From NCBI GenBank assembly GCA_964016885.1, contig OZ024741.1, positions 30,194,001 to 30,258,000 of the forward strand: a stretch of 64,000 nt of DNA. The letters are read 5' to 3'. Source of the DNA: Eledone cirrhosa (lineage: Eukaryota). Below are positions 27,173 through 40,062 of this stretch, piece by piece. The notes below the pieces were generated by a model. The model did no database searches and was not told the DNA's origin. It saw only the letters and a program-made list of their open reading frames with translations. The first letter of the stretch is position 1; every line of letters starts with the position of its first letter. A program made the position numbers and the translations under genes.

Positions 27173-27663
27173 CGTATGGTTGCTAGGATGCGTCCATAGG
27201 CGGTTGAGCACTCTATGCTCCTACGGATCAGAGTATGATAACATGGCAAACGAAGAATCAGTGATGCATCGGAACTCAATTTATTAAGTATTACAATTGT
27301 CTCTCCGGCGAAAAGCACGAGATGTGATTTGTTACTTTCAGAAAGAGAATTTGCTTCGAAATCACTAGACGTATCCGAGGGACTTGCGAATCCAGAGTCA
27401 GTTTCGATCCACAGACAGATCACACCTCGAGCTGTTCGCCGGAGAAACAATTGTAATACGTAATGAAATGAGTTCCGATGCATGACTGATTCTTCGTTTT
27501 CCATTTACTTGTCCCAATAGCTTTATTTAACTATTACTCGCACCAACCGAAGGTATATGATTTTTAAAGCGATGAAATACCAATGAAGGTTGGAAAATCA
27601 CTGACGAAGGACTATTTTTATCATATGTAACCCATGTGCAACCACGCAGTATTCTTTCTTCTC

Positions 27664-27736
<73 letters not shown>

Positions 27737-27739
<3 letters not shown>

Positions 27740-30262
27740 GGTGTTAAAGTTTGCTTGAAGCATTGTGAAATGTGTAAAATACGTAGTTAAGAAAGCCACA
27801 ACAATGCAGAGGGAAATCTCGAGGTAGGAAGTGAATGATAGATAGGAGAAACAGGTGAAAGTGAAAATTGAGAGAGACAAAGATGAAAACAAAACAAAGG
27901 TTTAATCCCAATATTTCGGGCTCACGCCCATCAACGGGGGAAAGTTCCAAAAGGGGGGGGGGGGCAGGCCAATTGGAGAAAGCTGTGATGTCGTTAAGAC
28001 AGGAATGTTGTTATGGGGAGAAAATTATTTAAAATTTAAACGAGGGAAAGAATGCGCGTGCGCGTGATAGGCTGTGGCAAAAGCTACTGACCAAATGGGT
28101 TAAATCAAGAGGGTGCGCTAGCGTGTGAAAGCCGTAAAATATGTGTGTGTAAATATATATGTGTGTGTAACTGTGTGTGTATAAGTGTAAGTGTGTATAT
28201 GTGTGAGTGTGTGTGTGTGTGAAAGATAGTGGGCTGTAGAAGCTGGAAATCAAAGGGTGTGAAAGGTGGTAGGTTGTAAAACATGTGTGCGTGTATAAAT
28301 ATAGATGTGTGTGTGCAAGCGTATGGGTATACATGTGTGTGTAACTGTGTGTGTATATGTGTGAATGCGTGTGTGTGTGAAAGATAGTGGGCTGGAGAAG
28401 CTGGAAATCAAAGGGTGTGAAAGGTGGTAGGTTGTAAAAACATGTGTGCGTGTATAAATATAGATGTGTCTGTGTATGCGTATGGGTATGCATATACGTG
28501 CGTGTGTGTGAAGATAGCAGGCCGTAGGCTGTGAATTGGTCACTATGGATAAGTTAGCCATGTCAGCTCATTTCTCTCAGCCCGGTTGTTAAGTGGGGGT
28601 CTGAGGTTCTTAATAACAAGTGCTTCCTTTATCCTTAAGGATCCGATGCTGCGTTCAGTCGCTAGGACTGTGACCAAGGGTCTACCCTGTGGGTTTCCGC
28701 ATTTAAGGATGTGTTTACGGAAGGAAGATGTGTTGGTGTTGATATGTTCCTTGATACGAACATGTAGGGGTCGGATGGTGCTACCTATGTAAAACTTGTT
28801 ACATTTATCGCATTGAATCTTATATACGACATAGGTGCGTAGGCAATCTTCCCCCCGTATCGGGAAGTTGCTGAGGGAACACGTCCCATCTGACTCGTCG
28901 GGTTTGTTGGAGAGGCATCTTCGCAGCGAAGGTCCTGTGTGGGCCAAATGTATGTCAAGTCCCTCCGTCCGTATGGCCCTGCGGATGGCGTTCGTGGTAT
29001 AATCACCCAGGTGGGGGATTTTAAAGAAGCACCTGCTTTTATTTAAGTTTCTAGTGGGTGTCTGTCTATTGGGTCTGGGGTCTCTAATTCCGTTAATCAG
29101 TCGCTTGGGATAACCATTAGATCTGAGTAGATTACGGAATTGCGTGGTATGGGTGAGACCAACCATCGGGTCGCTGCATCTGTTAGTGATCCGTGTCAGT
29201 TCATTTAGGACATAGCCTCTCTTAGCGTTGTTGGGGAGGGCTGAGTTATAATGCACAAATAAGTCCTTGCACGCTGCTATGCGGTAGAAGGTGGTGTTTA
29301 TGTCTCCTTCTTCCGAGATGTTGATACGGAAGTCGAGGAGGGCGAGTGACCCGTCTTCTCCTGGGTGTTCGATGGTGAAATCGACGTGATGGTCAGTATC
29401 GTTGAAAATTTGGTGAATTTCATTAGCCATCTCCCGGGAAGAAGTAAGTATCAGGATGTCATCAACGTATCTGGAGTAGAAGGCGACGGCGTTGGGTTGG
29501 CAGGTATTGAGTGCCTTGCGTTCCAGGTGGTCCATGTACGAGATCGCAAGTATGCCGGACAGACTAGAGCCCATAGGTAGCCCAGAGATTTGTTTGTACG
29601 TGTGGCCGAGGAAATTGAAGAGTGCATTATCCACAACGAAGGAGAGAAGTCGGTGGATGTCCGTGTTTGTGAGTCCGAAGCAGTGTAAGTTAGATGCTCG
29701 GACTCGTTCGGTCAACAGGTCGACAGCTGGGGATGCTGGTACGGAGGTATAAAGGGCGACCACATCAAGACTGAAGGCATAACCGTTGTCCTTTCTGGTG
29801 TTGGGCGCCAGATGGTGTAGTCGCTCCAAGACCTCCTTTGAGCTGCAGACGTGGGCTGGTAGTGTGTGTAGAATGGGTTTCAGTAGTGTGGAGAGCAGCC
29901 ACGATATTTTGTAGAGTGGGCCCTCCACGCTAGAGACAATGGGCCTGATTTTCAAATCGGGTCCTTGTTTATGTGTTTTAACCAGGTGGTAGAAGGTGGG
30001 TAGTTTGCTGTTTCGAGTCATTATGTTGTTTTTTACCTTCTTTGGCAGTTTTCGTTGGACACAGATGTTAGTCCATATGGTGTTAATGCCTTCCTCGATT
30101 AGAGTCGAGGAGGTCCCTGTGACTTTCGAGTAGAGGCTGTGGTCATTAAGATGTTGGAGAGCTAAGTTGTTGTAGGTCTCTCTCGAGATGACACAGAATT
30201 CTTTCCCCTTGTCAGAGGGAAGGTACACAAGGTTCCTGGATCTTAGGTTGGTGAGAGTATTA
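27737..30262 (-). mobile_element. 5'-truncated Penelope-like retroelement inserted in (TA)n
   Basis: Contains the 561-aa ORF; 3' region has ~158-bp internal repeats (28215, 28373) and a variant hammerhead at 27906-27941. Confidence 0.92.
28543..30228 (-). CDS. Penelope-type reverse transcriptase + GIY-YIG endonuclease (N-terminally truncated, frame open)
   Basis: SDKG, KTHK..RPIVS, SLDVVALYTSVP, QISGLPMGSSLS, RYVDDIL, FTIE..LLD, NGYP, VVYKIQCDKC..YIGST.R.L..RIKEH. Confidence 0.93.
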   Translation of the reverse strand: MYLPSDKGKEFCVISRETYNNLALQHLNDHSLYSKVTGTSSTLIEEGINTIWTNICVQRKLPKKVKNNIMTRNSKLPTFYHLVKTHKQGPDLKIRPIVSSVEGPLYKISWLLSTLLKPILHTLPAHVCSSKEVLERLHHLAPNTRKDNGYAFSLDVVALYTSVPASPAVDLLTERVRASNLHCFGLTNTDIHRLLSFVVDNALFNFLGHTYKQISGLPMGSSLSGILAISYMDHLERKALNTCQPNAVAFYSRYVDDILILTSSREMANEIHQIFNDTDHHVDFTIEHPGEDGSLALLDFRINISEEGDINTTFYRIAACKDLFVHYNSALPNNAKRGYVLNELTRITNRCSDPMVGLTHTTQFRNLLRSNGYPKRLINGIRDPRPNRQTPTRNLNKSRCFFKIPHLGDYTTNAIRRAIRTEGLDIHLAHTGPSLRRCLSNKPDESDGTCSLSNFPIRGEDCLRTYVVYKIQCDKCNKFYIGSTIRPLHVRIKEHINTNTSSFRKHILKCGNPQGRPLVTVLATERSIGSLRIKEALVIKNLRPPLNNRAERNELTWLTYP

Positions 30263-30576
30263 AATATATATATATATATGAGAGACGTAAAATAAGAAAA
30301 TTATAAAATTAACTTACTTACTAAAATATCACTACCAACTAATTAGTTTCTGGAATGGAGTAAATATATTTTCCGAAGAAGATATTAGGAAACATTCCGT
30401 CGTCAGGGAAGTCTATTCTCATCTAAGTTAATTTTATAATTTTCTTATTTTACCTCTCTCACATTATTGTTCTGCAACCCCATGCATTGAACCACAATGT
30501 TACTAAGACAAAACCTATACATTTGCTAGCATTGATATGCATCTGTACGTATATATATGTTACTAGATATTTATTC

Positions 30577-30659
<83 letters not shown>

Positions 30660-30834
30660 CGAAGGAGTTGTGGTAAGGAACCATATGGACCATAACGCAC
30701 CAGAGTACTCAATACTTAGGGTAGTATAGTGGGTAATAGGAGAAAGTATGACTCCGACGGCAGAGCTCAAGCCGTCAGGGTCATTCTTTCTCTTATATAT
30801 ATATATATTTATAAATATATATATATATATATAT

Positions 30835-31962
30835 ATTGTTATACTTGGGGAGGGTAATATTTGTGTAATAATATTGCCAGAATTAATAACAGAACACACT
30901 CACTGGTTTGGTTGGTTTTCGCTTCTCTGTCTTTTATATCGGTTAATTTAATTTATTCGGTCCTCAATGTTACCATTGACTGATCAACGGTCAAACTTAC
31001 AGATACAATATAGACACAAACACATATATATAGTCTATCAAAGTTCTTTCGTTACACATCTGCAACATCATCAGTGGTGCTATTATGTTTCCTCCCGTTG
31101 CATTGTATGCCTACGCCATCTTTATTTAGTCTGTTTATTTATTTGTTTATCTTTGTTGTTGTCTTCTCTGCGCATGCGTTTGCGTGTGTGTATAGTGTTT
31201 TGTTTGATGTGTTCTTGTTTGGGTGACTGTGTATTGGTTAATGTATTCTATCTTAGTTTACTAGTGTGTGTTTATAAGTGTTTGTTGTTATTGTGCTTGT
31301 GTATGTATTTATTTATGTATTTATTTATTTATACTTCTCTTAGGTTATTGTTGTTTGTTTGGGTGTTGTTGTTATTCTATTCATTTTTTCTCTTTAGCCT
31401 TGGCCTTCTAAGTTCTATTTCACTGGCCTCTCTGATTTGCCTATCTGCTGGGTCATTTCTATGTTTAGATATTATTCTAACTTCTAAGTTGTCTATGTTA
31501 ACGTTGTGTTGTTGTCTGGCATGTTTGTATAGTACTGAACCCTTTTTTCGTCCTTTTACTTCCCCCCAGTTTTGGTCTATCCTTTCACCTATGCTACGAG
31601 CTGTCTCGCCTATGTATGTTGTTGTCATGTTTCTGCAACTACCCTCTGTACAGCTTATGCTATAGACAACGTTTCTAGTTTTACAGTTTATCCGGGGGTT
31701 TACTCTACATATGATACATTTCCTATTAGTACAGTGGGCTTTCTTAAAAGAGTAGGTTTTTGCTGATCAGGGATTTTATGGTCGTTCCTGGCTTTTCTCC
31801 CACCTTAATCTTTAAGTGGGTCTTTCTCGGGGCCTTTCTACACTGGTTAGCTATTTTCCCTGCAGGGGTAGCCTCCACAAACATTACACAAATATGACTC
31901 TTCCCAAGTATAACAATATTTGTTTCGACACACGATTTCATACAAACAAAACTCGCAAAACT
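30835..31962 (-). mobile_element. Truncated Penelope-like element (GIY-YIG end, 3' pLTR, inverted pLTR tip at 31875-31962); non-coding relatives at 13345-13548, 14181-14548, 15938-16340, 45122-45608, 54262-54740
   Basis: YIGETARSIGERI..LYKH..EASEI..RPRL (31377-31628); hammerhead at 31037-31078 (-). Confidence 0.8.
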
Positions 31963-31974
31963 ATATATATATAA

Positions 31975-32610
<636 letters not shown>

Positions 32611-33809
32611 ATGAGAGTATCTTGGTCAGCCTATGAAAAAATAATGCCAGAGCTGTATAATCTTGCAAGCATACATTTCAAATTTTCGTATTAATAACTA
32701 CATTGTTTCTTTCCAGGGACTATGTTAAAAATAAACCTCATTGTGTCATTCCATGAGAGTATCTTGGTCAGCCTATGAAGAAGTAATGCTAAAGCTGTAT
32801 AATCTCGCAAGCATTCATTTCAACCTTTCTTATTAATAACTACATTGTTTCTTTACATTTACTATGTTAAAAATAAACCTAATTTGGTCACTCCATGAGA
32901 GTATCTTGGTCAGCCTATGAAGAAGTAATGCTAAAGCCGTAAAATCTTGCATGCATTCATTTCAACTTTTCTTATTAATAACGACATTGTTTGTTACCAA
33001 TGACTATGTGAAAAATAAACCTCATTTGGTCACTCCATGAGAGTATCTTGGTTAGCCTATGAAGAAATAAAGCTAGGGCTGTATAATCTTGCAAGCATTC
33101 ATTTCAACTTTTCTTATTAATAACGAGATTGTTTCTTACCAAGGACTATGTTAAAAATAAACCTCATTCGGTCACTCCATGAGAGTATCTTGGTCAGCCT
33201 ATGAAGAAATAATGCTAGGACTGTATAATCTTGCATGCAATCATTTCAACTTTTCTTATTAATAACGACATTGTTTCTTCCCAAGGACTATGTTAAAAAT
33301 AAACCTCATTGTGTCATTCCATGAGAGTATCTTGGTCAGCTTATGAAGAAATAATGCTAGAGCTGTATAATCTTGCAAGCATTCATTTTAACTTTTCTTA
33401 TTAATAACTACATTGTTTCTTTCCAGTTACTATGTTAAAAATAAACCTCATTTAGTCACTCCATGAGAGTATCTTGGTCAGCCTATGAAGAAATAATGCT
33501 AGAGCTGTATAATCTTGCATGCATTCATTTCAACTTTTCTTATTAATAACTACATTGTTTCTTTCCAGTTACTATGTTAAAAATAAACCTCATTGTGTCA
33601 TTCCATGAGAGTATCTTGGTCAGCCTATGAAGAAATAAGGATAGAACTGTATAATCTTGCATCCATTCATTTCAACTTTTCTTAGTAATAACTACATTGT
33701 TTCTTTCCAGGGACTATGTTAAAAATAAACCTCATTGTGTCATTCTATGAGAGTATCTTGGTCAGCCTATGAAGAAACAATGCTAGGGCTGTAAAATCTT
33801 GCATGCATT
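32611..33809. repeat. 142-bp tandem satellite, ~8.4 copies, mariner-MITE-derived
   Basis: atgagagtatcttgg recurs at 32611, 32753, 32895, 33037, 33179, 33321, 33463, 33605, 33747. Confidence 0.95.
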
Positions 33810-35589
33810 ACCACATTTCTTAATATATTACACTGGAGAACACAAAATATTTTTTCGGCGACTTGCAATTTGAGAACTTCTTCCTTCTCCTTCATCGTCG
33901 TGGTCATCGTTGTCTTCTTCTTCTTCTTCTTCTTCTTCTTCTTCTTCTTCTTCTTCTTCTTCTTCCCCTCCTCCTCCTCCTATGGAAAAAGAAGGAAGAT
34001 TGATTTACATATTAAAGATTGTATTGTTTTTTGTTATAGGGATGATTTACTTTAGACATTGCCATTTGCATTTACTTAATACTGGTAGACAACATTTGAT
34101 TTGTAAAATATTGGTAGACAACATTTACGTTGTGAACTTCATGAAGTTAAATTGTCCGTGAAAATTCTTTAAGGTGATTTCATTTCGTCAAGAAGATCTA
34201 AATATCTTATTTCCTATATTACTTGTAGATCAATCGGTATCGTTGAAGACGTCCCTAGCCAGATATATCACTACAAAGTGAAATAGAAGATGTTCACCTA
34301 CATAAAAGATTATCTGTAGCTTCATAATATGCAGCATCCATGTGGATTCTCCAATTCACAAATTTTTTTATAATATTTCTTCTGAATTACACAATTTAAA
34401 TATCTTTCTATATGACTATGGTAAAATAATTATTGGTTTAACGGAGAAAATAAATGCGTTTTGAAGACAAACACAATTCATATTTTAGAAAGATAAAACT
34501 GCACAAAGAAATACTGCATGATGTTGCATCAATATACTGAAATAAGAAGGCGGTAATACTTTTAATGCCACATTGAATAATACATTTAGCAAAATTGATA
34601 AAATAATTGAATCACTATTGTAATATAATAAGTGTGACTTTCATTCAGTACTGACATTAACGATTTGCATAGAGATATTTTCATTATTAATACATTTCAA
34701 GGGATGTTCGTTGAAGTTCAAGATGATGGTACAACACTTCGTTATAATATCAATACAAATGTCAATTCTTTGAAGGCATTATACTCCTTGTTGAATATTA
34801 AGAAGTAGAAAATACATCAAAGAAACAATTATTGGGAAAGTGTTACAAAGAAAAGGAAAAGATGAAATGAACGTGTATCCCTCACATGCTACGACATAAT
34901 TTGATGAATCATGGATTTCAACCAAACAAATATAAAACTATTGTTAATACACCGAATACGAACGAAGTATACTTTATGGTGTAGCCTATCGAAGATGTAA
35001 ACTGGTCTGTAATAACTTTATAAACATTATTCTAACTCGAGTTCGTCAAATTGGTTAAATGAACATATTTTCATATAATATTAGAAAAGAGATTTTGAAG
35101 TTTACCGTAACATGAACGGATATTGGGCTGTATGGTATTGCCAAAGAGAGGAAAGTTTACTAAATTTTAATATAAAAAATACTGCAATTGTCATTATAAA
35201 ATTCCATAGTGTGTTTTAGTGTCAGTATATATATTTTTATTGCTGCAGCTAAAGCAATTAAATGTTAGTTGATAGGTTATATCACAGTAATATATTGAGT
35301 TCGCCATAATTTAAAAAGTAGTTGGTTATACAGTTAGAGATTTAGTTTTCAAGCTATGAAATCAATTCTTCATATTTCATAGATTACAGAGATAATAACT
35401 AAACCAGCTCCAATTTTTTTATCTTTCGTTACTAAATCAGAATAATTATGAAATTACTCCTCTCTATATGGACTCCTCTATCAAATTCATTTGACAAATA
35501 CACAAGTAAATGGAATGGATACAAGTAATTTGTTATTTTCTCCAAAAGATTATTTATTTCAATTTTAGTGTTGTCATAATAAAAATATT

Positions 35590-35738
35590 TCTTCTTCTTC
35601 TTCTTCTTCTTCTTCTTCTTCTTCTTCTTCTTCTTCTTCTTCTTCTTCTTCTTCTTCTTCTTCTTCTTCTTCTTCTTCTTCTTCTTCTTCTTCTTCTTCT
35701 TCTTCTTCTTCTTCTTCTTCTTCTTCTTCTTCTTCTTC
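35590..35738. repeat. (CTT)n microsatellite (shorter one at 33914-33965)
   Basis: Direct reading; source of the polyK/E/L ORFs. Confidence 0.98.
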
Positions 35739-35767
35739 ACAAAACAACAACAACAAAGCTTTACTAA

Positions 35768-35850
35768 TCTATATATCTGAAACAGAGAATGTCTGTCTGT
35801 TTGACCGTCAGCTCCCTAAAACTCGAGAACCACCCAACCGATTGTTTTCA

Positions 35851-35902
<52 letters not shown>

Positions 35903-36080
35903 CGTATGCTTTTGAAAAATCTTAATGGAAAATTATTTGCCTATGTACCCAAGGCGACTTCACTTTTTATTAGGACTTCTGCATCAATTGGTGAACATAC
36001 GACGAAACTCTTTCAGAAAGGAAGGATAACCATACCAATCTATGTTTAGCATCCCGAGCAACGCCGGGCCATTCTGCAAG
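35768..36080 (+). mobile_element. Short non-autonomous Helitron-like element
   Basis: A|TCTATATAT start, ctgtctgt subterminal tract, 3' hairpin cccgagcaacgccggg then gCAAG|T (variant of CTAG). Confidence 0.6.
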
Positions 36081-37516
36081 TCTATAATATAATAAAGGGT
36101 ATCTCTTGATTAAACATAAATATTCTTATATATAAAGTATTGCTTATTTTAAGATTCACTTCTTTAAAATTTTCAAATGTCAATACTTCCAGTTAGCGTC
36201 CGTTATATTATAACACTTATTACATCGTTTATATAAATGTTCATATATTTGCATCGTTATATAAGGTATATATTTAGGTCATTAATTTTCTACTTTTTCG
36301 TTTTCATAACATTTTAGTTTATTATATATGCAGTTTATATATAATATTGTGTTTATTTTAATGTATCATGGATTACTTTACTGACTACAGAAGAGAGTGT
36401 AACACATATATGTATATTGTCAATTACGATTTTATTTGACGTATCATATCTACATGTATATACATTTGCTCATAATATCAATATGCACACTACACATGCT
36501 AGGAGAAAAACCCCCGTTGGGTGGTTTTTCTACTAGTGTTCATAATAATGTTTGATTATGTATTCACAAAACAAGTACACTGGGTGAAGGTAAACCGCTG
36601 GTTATGTCTAATGAATTACTTGATATTTAATGTTTTTTTCAAGAATCGAAAACTGATAGTTAAAGTTTAGCTTGGTAAGATTTGAACTTAAATGATTAAA
36701 GACGGGGAACCATCACAGGCCTTTATACGAGACTGTATTGGCAGTGCCAATCCAATCCCCTGTTCTAACAACTAGAATAACAACTATCTAGTGACAATCG
36801 AGACAAAAACACAAATGCAAAAGAGAAACATATCACAGTTAATTTAAATTTCGAGGGTTATACACACGTTTCTTATATTTAAACTTTCTGATAATCTCTT
36901 TCCTGAGATAATCTAACAACATGCCCATAGTATAGTCGAAATAGTTATTAAAACCTATTTTAGATTCTGTAAAGCTGTATCTCTTCTGTTATAGAATATT
37001 TCTTGTTATAGAATACTTCAATAGTTCTGATAGTGAAAATGTTTCTTATATGTGGAATTATTTCCTTCAATCAAATGATGTTTAAACATTAGTGAATCCG
37101 ATATCAAAATTATAATGTGTAGTCTAGAAAATATTTTTACTCTTCCAATATATTTCGGTCAAATGATGTGGAGACAGATTTTAATAGTGCTCACATGATG
37201 TCTTTGATGCATGGGAGTTGATGGTTATATTTACTTCAGTCTTACTTAGAATGATATTTCCAGCCTTAGTGTTCGGTTTATACTATAATGACTTTAGATA
37301 CAATTAGGTACGGCCATATAGAAATATTTAAAACAGTTGCTGTTGAAGGTCATGTATGATACGGTATTACGTTTTAATTGTTTTTAATATAACTTTACTT
37401 TTAGATACGTGTATATTCAGCTTTACTAGTAAAACCAAACCAAAAACATTGGAGTATATTTATAACAAACATTACACATACTCCATTCATATATAACATT
37501 AGCAGACTGTATAGTA

Positions 37517-37935
37517 TACGAGGAGGCGCTGAAAAGTTCCTGGATTTGGGTAAAAGAGAATTGTTTTTACTTTTAGCATGAGGCCAGCAATTATACCAGT
37601 GTATTACTGGTACTTTATTTTATCGACCCAGTAAGGATGAAAGGCAAAGTTAACCTCCGCGGGAGTTGAACTCAGACCATAAAGGAATGTAACTCTTTGC
37701 TGCAAAGCATGGCGTCCGACTCTCTGCCGATACTGCCAATTCACCGCCTGGTAAAAGATAATACAGGAGGATCAGTTAATTTTGATTTTATTCAACATAT
37801 TCCCCTCTCAGATTCACACACTTATTACAGCGGTCTTTCATTTTTCTGGACACTGTAAAGGAACTCGTAATGTTGGGCCTCCAAGCAGGCCTCAAGAAAC
37901 ACTTAAAGTCAGCACGTTTTCAGCACTCCCTTGTA
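37517..37935. mobile_element. Mariner-type MITE interrupted by a SINE (37562-37749, -)
   Basis: TIRs tacgaggaggcgctgaaaagttcctg / cagcacgttttcagcactcccttgta; SINE flanked by ggtaaaagagaat / ggtaaaagataat. Confidence 0.8.
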
Positions 37936-38566
37936 TATCCATGAACGAGATATAACAACTCACCATCTTGTTCATTACAATAACGAAGCATTGAAGATGC
38001 ATAGCGTATTTTATAGAATGTAAGACTAATTTCTATGAATACAAACTAAGAAAATAAAGATGTGTGTATGTACGTGTGTTTGTTGTCTATATATAGATCG
38101 GTAGATTGTATATTTATAATTATTAATCTACTCTCTCATCCTCCCCCTCCTCATCCTCTGTTTCTCATTCCCACCCTTCCCTTTCGTTTCCTCTCCTCTC
38201 CCCCTATTCCCATTCCCAAGTCTTCTCTATGTTCTTCCTTCCTTACACAATACAACATGAGGGAGGTGAGACAAAATGTCGACCCTTACAGTTAATATAT
38301 TAATATATACGTTAAAAATCAGTATCCATCCATATCAATGCATATGTGTGTCTATATGTCTACCTATAATCATATTGTTTTATTCGTGTTTTTAAACAAT
38401 CACTTATATAACTCATAATTAAACTACACACGCTTTTATCATTGAAGCAATCAGTTATCATTGCTTTTCCAATCATGAAAAAGAAACTTTCTTACTAAAT
38501 AAGAATAATATTATTGCAATTACAATTATTTCACAGAATATGTCATACGGGATATTATTATTTATT

Positions 38567-38752
38567 TGGATTGGCAGTATCAGTAGAGAGTCGGACTCCA
38601 TGCTTTCCGCCATAGTTACGTCCCTTTACGGTCTGAGTTCAAATCCCGCCGAGGTTAACTTTGCCTTTTCATCATTACGGGGTCGATAAAATAAATACCA
38701 GTAATGTAGTGGATAATTGCTGGCCTTGTGCCAAAAGTAGAAACAATTATTT
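38567..38752 (+). mobile_element. SINE copy (further + copies at 50843-51020, 53207-53390, 62214-62406)
   Basis: Similarity to the family consensus. Confidence 0.85.
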
Positions 38753-38860
38753 ATTTCATGCTTCTAATGAGAGTACAACATTAATGAAGGCTGGTTCATA
38801 AGCGGTATCTGAACTTGCAAGAAGTGGCAGCCAGACTCGAAAGGATGCTGAAGTTTGACT

Positions 38861-39549
38861 CGAGCGAACGGCAGACACCGAGGCAAGCAGGGAGCAGCCC
38901 GGCGACACCGAAGGATGATTAGAGCGAACGGGAGACTTGCCGGTGAGCAGGGAGCAGCCCGGCGACACCGAAGGATGATTAGAGCGAACGGGAGACGCGA
39001 AGGTGAGCAGGGAGCAGCCCGGCGACACCGAAGGATGATTAGAGCGACGGGAGACGCGCCGGTGAGCAGGGAGCAGCCCGGCGACACCGAAGGATGATTA
39101 GAGCGAACGAGAGACGCGCTGGTGAGCAGGGAGCAGCCCGGCGATACCGAAGGATGATTTGAGCGAACGGGAGACGCGTCGGTGAGCAGGGAGCGGCCCG
39201 GCGACACCGAAGGATGATTAGAGCGACGGGAGACGCGCTGGTGAGCAGGGAGCAGCCCGGCGACACCGAAGGATGATTAGAGCGAACGGGAGACGCTCCG
39301 GTGAGCAGGGAGCAGCCCGGCGACACCGAAGGATGATTAGAGCGAACGGGAGACGCGCAGGTGAGCAGGGAGCAGCCCGGCGACACCGAAGGATGATTAG
39401 AGCGAACGGGAGACGCGCCGGTGAGCAGGGAGCAGCCCGGCGACACCGAAGGATGATTAGAGCGAACGGGAGACGCGCCGGTGAGCAGGGAGCAGCCCGG
39501 CGATACCGAAGGATGATTAGAGCGAACGGGAGACGCGCCGGTGAGCAGG
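38861..39549. repeat. GC-rich 60-bp tandem repeat, ~11.5 copies
   Basis: Unit agagcgaacgggagacgcgccggtgagcagggagcagcccggcgacaccgaaggatgatt; two units are 59 bp. Confidence 0.97.
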
Positions 39550-40062
39550 CCTATGATACAACTTCCGAGGATAGACAAGTTATAGCCAGGCACACAACGT
39601 TAGAAATGCTGAGGCGAGCTGGAATATGCCTTCTACATTGTTCTAGGCGTATTAGCCGGGACTGATACGACCGACCGGTGCAATAATTATCACGCATGCG
39701 CAGAAATGGTCTCTCCACTTCCCAGTTAAAATATTTTGCCCACGGTGAATTGGTTTTGACGGAAAAAATTTAAATCGGTTATTTTGTTAACGCACCTTGT
39801 ACACACAGGCAGACAGACAGACGGACACACACACACACACAGACACACACATATATATATATTTTTTTTTATTTCTCTATATATACATATATACATATAT
39901 GCAAATATACACACACGCACACACACTTATATTTATTTCTCTATTTATATATATACATATATACATATGCAAAGCATACACACACGCACACACATACAGA
40001 CACACACACACACATACACACACATATATATATGTAGGTATGGGTGTGTCTATCTATCTATG

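Noticed and set aside
32700-32790. Splice-acceptor-like tttctttccag in each 142-bp unit, suggesting tandem exons
   Set aside because: All three downstream frames stop quickly and the unit is explained by mariner ends
38861-39549. CRISPR-like appearance of the 60-bp array (also the 142-bp array)
   Set aside because: No unique spacers, no cas genes, eukaryotic context
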